Below are positions 36,529-41,401 of a DNA stretch of 41,401 nucleotides, in pieces. The stretch is taken from the NCBI GenBank assembly GCA_013166835.1, contig JABLTI010000014.1, forward strand, positions 1 through 41,401. Direction: 5' to 3'. The position numbers and the translations under genes were made by a program. Positions within the stretch are counted from its first letter, which is position 1; each line of letters begins with the position of its first letter. Origin of the DNA: Promethearchaeati archaeon (GTDB lineage: Archaea; Asgardarchaeota; Heimdallarchaeia; JABLTI01). The notes below the pieces were generated by a model, which did no database searches, was not told the DNA's origin, and saw only the letters and a list, made by a program, of their open reading frames with translations.

Positions 36529-39500
36529 GTGGCAGGTGAAGAAACATTGGTACACATAAATCGTCTAGTTCTTGAGAATTTCAAGAGCTATGGCAGACGA
36601 AAAATTACACTTAATCTTACTAAAGGATTAACTGTCATTAGTGGACCCAATGGTTGCGGTAAATCAAACATTTCTGATGCCATACAATTTGTGATTGGAC
36701 AATTACGATCTAAAACTATTAGAAGTGAGAAACTTGCGGGGGTTATTTTTTCAGGCACAAAAGAAGGGCACAAAACCGCTCCTCATGCAAAAGTTACCTT
36801 GGTTTTAGATAATTCAAAAGAACCAAAAGAAATTCCAATTGCGACTGATGAAGTGCACATTAGTCGTAAAGTCTACCAAGACGGAAGAAGCGAATATTTA
36901 CTAAATGGATCCCGAATTACTCGAGGAGAAATTATTGATACTTTAGCAATTTGTAGCATTTCAATTGATGGGTATAATGTTATAAGACAGGGTGAAATCG
37001 CTAATTTTGCTAGTATGTCCCCACTCCAAATTCGGAGCTTGTTTGAGGAAATTGCAGGTATTGCTGCCTACGATGAGAAGCGAGATAAAGCCCAAAAGAA
37101 TTTGGATGATGCTCGAACGAAATTGCGAATTGCTACTGTTCGTTTAGAAGAATCTATGAAAAATCTTGTTCGATTAGAAAAGGAAAAAGAAGATGCTCTT
37201 AGGTATCAAGAATTAAAGGTTCGAATTAAAAATACCGAAGCAAAACTTATTCATGCTCGTATTAGAGAGATGAAAGAGCGAATAACTGAAAATGAGACTA
37301 ATATCAACAATTTGAAAGCAGCACAAACACAAGCTGAAATAACTATTGAAAACATGGAAACCGGAATTAAAACATATGATGCTTCACTCGCCGAAGCAAA
37401 ATCTAAGGTAAAGGATGCCACTACTCAATCATTTAATACTCTAAGCAAAGAGATTGAGAAATTAACTAAAGATCTTTCAGAAGAAACTGCACAGAAGAAA
37501 CAAATATCAATTGAATTAGATGCTCTAAAACTTAGAAAAGATACGATGGAAAACCAATTAGAGAAAATTTTTGAGGAAAATTCAGAACTAGAGACATACA
37601 CTTCCAATACCAGAGATCAATTAGATGGAGCAGATGATACTCTTCTCAAAATCCAAGAAGAATTAGATTTGAAGAGAAAAGCTCTCGAGAGTTCTAAAAG
37701 CAGTGAAATAATGGATCAACTTGAAGAAATTCGTTCGAACACAACTGAAATGAATAAACGAAAATCTGAATATGAATCTCAATTAGCAATTTACAATAAT
37801 AATTTGAACATTACAAACTCGAAAATTGATGAAAAAGAGAAAAGAGTTGTTGAAGTAGCGGGAATTTTAGCAACCTTTCTTAGTAGAAAAGCCAAGTATT
37901 TGGAAGAAATTTCTGATGATGAAAAACTAGCAAGAGACTTAGAAGTAAAAGTTAGTGAATTAAGAGAAGAACTCGAAACTGTGGAAAAGGAAATTGATGA
38001 TAATGAGCTTGATCTTCGAGAAGCAGCTTTAAACATTAAAAGAATTCAAACTGAGATAAGTACTACAAAGAAAATAATGGAGGAAGTAGCAAGTAGAGAT
38101 AGAGGAATAAAATTAGTTCTTAAAGCACGTGATGATAAGAAAATAAATGGAATATTTGGAACAGTTGGAGAGTTATGCAAAACCCATCCGAAATACTCTG
38201 TAGCTTTAAATGTAACTGCTGGAAATAGAACTGATTATATTGTTGTCGAGGACGATGATGTCGCAGCAAAATGCCTTCTATTAGTGAAGAATGCGAAAGC
38301 AGGAAGGATCAATCTTTTACCACTCAATAAGATTAAACCTCTTATAATAGACGCAGATTTGAAAGAAAAAGGTATAATTGGGAAAGCTATTGATTTAGTT
38401 GAATTTGATAAAAAATATCAGAAAGCTATAGAATTCGTTTTTGGACAAACACTTATTGTTAAAAACTTAGATGCAGCAAGAAAAATCGGTTTTAATTATC
38501 GATCAGTAACATTAGAGGGAGATGTAGTAAATCCATCTGGTTTAATGACAGGAGGATTCTATAAAGGGAAAGAGAGAACAAGAATATCTCTCATTGTAGA
38601 AGATGAAAATCAACTACCTGTTTTGGAAGAAACTTTCGTAAATCTACAAGACGAAAGAAAGCGATTGTTGGAGTATCGAACAGAAATTACCAAGGATTTG
38701 AATGAAGAATTACTACAACAATTGAATGATGTGATAAAAAACCGCGATTTAAAACAAAGAGAAATTAAAATTACTGAAGAAGAAATAGAGATTCGTAGTG
38801 AAGAAAATCTAAGAATTCAAACAGAATTAGAAGAATTAACAAAAGAATATGAAGATGTTGAAATTAAAATTGAGGAGTTACTTAAAGCACGAAAGGATGT
38901 AGGAGTAACTTTAGATACTCTTCTTGAAGGGGAATTAAAATTAAAGGAAGAGCTTGCTATCAGTGGGGTTCAAGGAATACTTGGTGAAATTAAAACAAAA
39001 GAATCTCAGCAACAGGAGATCGGGGAAATCATTTCCAATTTGAAAATGGAGCATTTTAAAATAACTACTAATTTAGAAAAGAACTTGGTTTTAGTAAAAG
39101 ATCTCAAAGATCAAATCGAGGGAATAGAAAAACAAGAACCGGATAAAGAAAAAGAAGTCAATGGTATCCAAGTTGTCATAGATGGGTTAACAAAGAATTT
39201 GGAAGACAAAAAAATCAAAAGAGATAGATTATTCCAACTTATTGAACATAGTCAAAATGAACAAGAAAGACTAGAACGAGAACAAAGAGAATTACGGGAG
39301 CAATTAGATGAAGAGCGGAAACAGCAAACCCAAAATATGCTTTTAATTGATAGGTTAGTTAATGAAAAAACAAATACTGATAAACAAATTACTGAATTGG
39401 AAGAATTAGCGGTTGAGAGAGATTTACCCTATATCTTTGCGGAAGATGAAGTCATTGATATTGATGTTCTTAAGGAAGTAATGACAGGTCTTAAGGCAGA

Positions 39501-40164
39501 ATTAGAAAGTCTACCTGAAATAAATATGAAAGCAGTTTCTCAATTCGAAGAAGAACAGGATTTAAATAATGAACTTCTAGAAAAACGTAAATTAGTTGAG
39601 AAAGATTTTGAAGCTATTAACAAAGCAATAAACGAAATTGAAAGTGAAAAACGAGAAAAATTCATGGTTGTATTTAATAACATCTCTAAAGACTTTAACA
39701 GAATTTTTGGTATTTTATCACCTGACGGCAAGGCAAAATTAGAACTTGAAGATCTTGATGATCCTTTCAGTGGGGGGATAAACATTATGGCTAATCCGGG
39801 TGGAAAGAAAATTCTTAGCATGCTTTCGCTATCAGGTGGAGAAAAATCATTAACAGCTTTAGCAATGATTTTTGCTATTCAAAGATACAAACCAGCACCA
39901 TTCTATGTTTTTGATGAAATTGATGCTTTCTTGGATATTAATAATGTATACAAAGTAGCTACTCTAGTTAAGGAAATGAGTAGAGACACTCAAATTGTTA
40001 TTATTAGTCTCAGAGCTCCAATGATTGCTGCTGCTGAGAAAATCTTTGGAGTGACAGCAGGTGAAGATCGATTATCACAAATTGTATCAGTTTCACTCGA
40101 TGAAATTATGAAAATTGTTGAGAAAACAGATCTACCATCAGAAGCAGAAGTTTATGATTACTAA
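36529..40164 (+). CDS. smc: Chromosome segregation ATPase SMC
   Basis: NFKSY, GPNGCGKS, hinge GIFGTV...VTLEG..GLMTGG, LSGGEKS, FDEIDAFLD. Confidence 0.97.
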   Translation: MAGEETLVHINRLVLENFKSYGRRKITLNLTKGLTVISGPNGCGKSNISDAIQFVIGQLRSKTIRSEKLAGVIFSGTKEGHKTAPHAKVTLVLDNSKEPKEIPIATDEVHISRKVYQDGRSEYLLNGSRITRGEIIDTLAICSISIDGYNVIRQGEIANFASMSPLQIRSLFEEIAGIAAYDEKRDKAQKNLDDARTKLRIATVRLEESMKNLVRLEKEKEDALRYQELKVRIKNTEAKLIHARIREMKERITENETNINNLKAAQTQAEITIENMETGIKTYDASLAEAKSKVKDATTQSFNTLSKEIEKLTKDLSEETAQKKQISIELDALKLRKDTMENQLEKIFEENSELETYTSNTRDQLDGADDTLLKIQEELDLKRKALESSKSSEIMDQLEEIRSNTTEMNKRKSEYESQLAIYNNNLNITNSKIDEKEKRVVEVAGILATFLSRKAKYLEEISDDEKLARDLEVKVSELREELETVEKEIDDNELDLREAALNIKRIQTEISTTKKIMEEVASRDRGIKLVLKARDDKKINGIFGTVGELCKTHPKYSVALNVTAGNRTDYIVVEDDDVAAKCLLLVKNAKAGRINLLPLNKIKPLIIDADLKEKGIIGKAIDLVEFDKKYQKAIEFVFGQTLIVKNLDAARKIGFNYRSVTLEGDVVNPSGLMTGGFYKGKERTRISLIVEDENQLPVLEETFVNLQDERKRLLEYRTEITKDLNEELLQQLNDVIKNRDLKQREIKITEEEIEIRSEENLRIQTELEELTKEYEDVEIKIEELLKARKDVGVTLDTLLEGELKLKEELAISGVQGILGEIKTKESQQQEIGEIISNLKMEHFKITTNLEKNLVLVKDLKDQIEGIEKQEPDKEKEVNGIQVVIDGLTKNLEDKKIKRDRLFQLIEHSQNEQERLEREQRELREQLDEERKQQTQNMLLIDRLVNEKTNTDKQITELEELAVERDLPYIFAEDEVIDIDVLKEVMTGLKAELESLPEINMKAVSQFEEEQDLNNELLEKRKLVEKDFEAINKAINEIESEKREKFMVVFNNISKDFNRIFGILSPDGKAKLELEDLDDPFSGGINIMANPGGKKILSMLSLSGGEKSLTALAMIFAIQRYKPAPFYVFDEIDAFLDINNVYKVATLVKEMSRDTQIVIISLRAPMIAAAEKIFGVTAGEDRLSQIVSVSLDEIMKIVEKTDLPSEAEVYDY

Positions 40165-40232
40165 AACAAATTATTGATACGTTAATAAAAGAATAAGTCT
40201 GTAATAAAAATAACAAAAATGGAGCGTAAAAA

Positions 40233-41135
40233 ATGGTTCAAAAGGATACGGAAATGGATCCAATTATGAGTCAATCATTAATTGATGAAGATTATCCTTT
40301 TTGGTTACGAGCACCATTTAGACTTCTTACTGATGTCACTCAATTCAGAAAAATCGATCCTTGGTCTCTTGAGATTGATCAATTAATAACCAGATTCGTT
40401 GAAGAAATGAAACTTATGGAAGACATTAATTTTCCAGTTTTAGGAAGAGCTGTGCTTTCCTCATCTATACTTTATCGAGCGAAGGTAAGCGATTTAATAA
40501 AAATTATCGAGCAAACAGATGAGAAAGCCGAAGACTTAGATGTAATGGGATTCGATATTCCTGAGATTTCTCCTTCCTATCATCTTTCTCAAAGACCGGT
40601 ATCTTTTAGTGAGTTAGTTTTTGCGTTTGAGGGACTGTTAAAACAAGAGAGTAGGTATAAACACAGGTTAGCAATAAGTAAAGGTCAAGCGTTAATTAAA
40701 CCATTACAATTACCTCCTACACCTGTACAGATCGTTGATGAAGAATCCACTAAAATAGCTATACTCAAAAAGGATATTTATGAGCGATTAGTAAAATTAC
40801 ATTTGCAAAATAAACGACCTATCTTTTTTGAGGAAATATTATTACCGAATTCTACAAGAATTACTGTGATTAGAGCATTCTTATGCCTTCTTTTCCTTGG
40901 GTTTGAACTTAAAGCCAAATTGTTTCAAGATGTTGATCAAGGAAGAATAACTCTTCTGCCCATCAGAGATAATGAAGAGGAATTCCTTGGGGGTCTTGAA
41001 AAAGTAATTGAGAGAAAACTGCAAGAAGGTGTACCAACAGAAGGAAGTGTTTCAATTACTGAGATTGAAGATGATGATATTCTCGAAGAAACAGACCTTT
41101 TATTTGATGATGAATTCGAAAGTGATATCGATTAA
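40233..41135 (+). CDS. scpA: Kleisin ScpA
   Basis: IDPWSLEI, GRAVLSSSILYRAK, RPVSFSELV, FLCLLFL; directly after smc. Confidence 0.9.
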   Translation: MVQKDTEMDPIMSQSLIDEDYPFWLRAPFRLLTDVTQFRKIDPWSLEIDQLITRFVEEMKLMEDINFPVLGRAVLSSSILYRAKVSDLIKIIEQTDEKAEDLDVMGFDIPEISPSYHLSQRPVSFSELVFAFEGLLKQESRYKHRLAISKGQALIKPLQLPPTPVQIVDEESTKIAILKKDIYERLVKLHLQNKRPIFFEEILLPNSTRITVIRAFLCLLFLGFELKAKLFQDVDQGRITLLPIRDNEEEFLGGLEKVIERKLQEGVPTEGSVSITEIEDDDILEETDLLFDDEFESDID

Positions 41136-41200
41136 TATTTTTGATTAATTTAATTTCAAAATCATCTTATTTTCAAGAAAGATAATTTTTCAAGCTTGCT

Positions 41201-41392
41201 TTAACCAGGGGCAAAGAGCTTGAATAGCCAAGGTCCTGCCAAGACTAGAATTATCAAAGCAGCTGCAAAAATCATTACTGCATATGGACCAACTTTGATG
41301 CCAGGAGTATCTTCTTCAAAGAACCTAATTAATCCTGCACCTGTGGCCGGCATTGCTCCGCCACTATCACTAGATTTTTGTCTTCGACTCAT
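41201..41392 (-). CDS. secG: Preprotein translocase subunit Sec61beta (archaeal SecG)
   Basis: GAGLIRFFEED..GIKVGP followed by one TM helix. Confidence 0.93.
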   Translation of the reverse strand: MSRRQKSSDSGGAMPATGAGLIRFFEEDTPGIKVGPYAVMIFAAALIILVLAGPWLFKLFAPG

Positions 41393-41401
41393 TTTATTTT
41401 T

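Noticed and set aside
1-41401. CRISPR arrays, IS elements, rRNA, C/D-box RNAs, selenocysteine read-through
   Set aside because: No repeat-spacer arrays, transposases, rRNA-like tracts, well-spaced C/D boxes or convincing in-frame UGA continuation noticed by eye

Overview
AT-rich, gene-dense chromosomal window from an archaeon, most likely an Asgard archaeon (Heimdallarchaeia-like is my inference). Archaeal housekeeping genes (rnp4, trmI, proS, A/V-ATPase subunit E, hypB, rpl10e, rpl1-rplP0, nob1, NAD kinase, smc-scpA, Sec61beta, and a tRNA-Pro(CGG) with a BHB intron) are interspersed with eukaryotic-signature proteins: two Rab-like GTPases, an MglA-like GTPase, two roadblock proteins, a longin protein, a JAMM/MPN+ protease, a RING protein and a CdvA-like protein. 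I saw no mobile element, integrase or CRISPR array. Best candidate for an undescribed system: a co-oriented cluster at 11760-19807 encoding a ParM-like actin ATPase, an overlapping ParR-like RHH adaptor, a TPR-like/Zn-ribbon protein, an MglA-like GTPase and a 1389-aa SF2 helicase with an N-terminal amphipathic helix. Also notable: a roadblock plus longin-wHTH pair resembling Ragulator and GATOR1 NPRL2/3 (3987-5698), a Rab-thioredoxin fusion (629-1477), and a G3-degenerate Rab paired with a JAMM-Ig fusion (8546-10248). All family calls come from reading motifs by eye; no searches were run.
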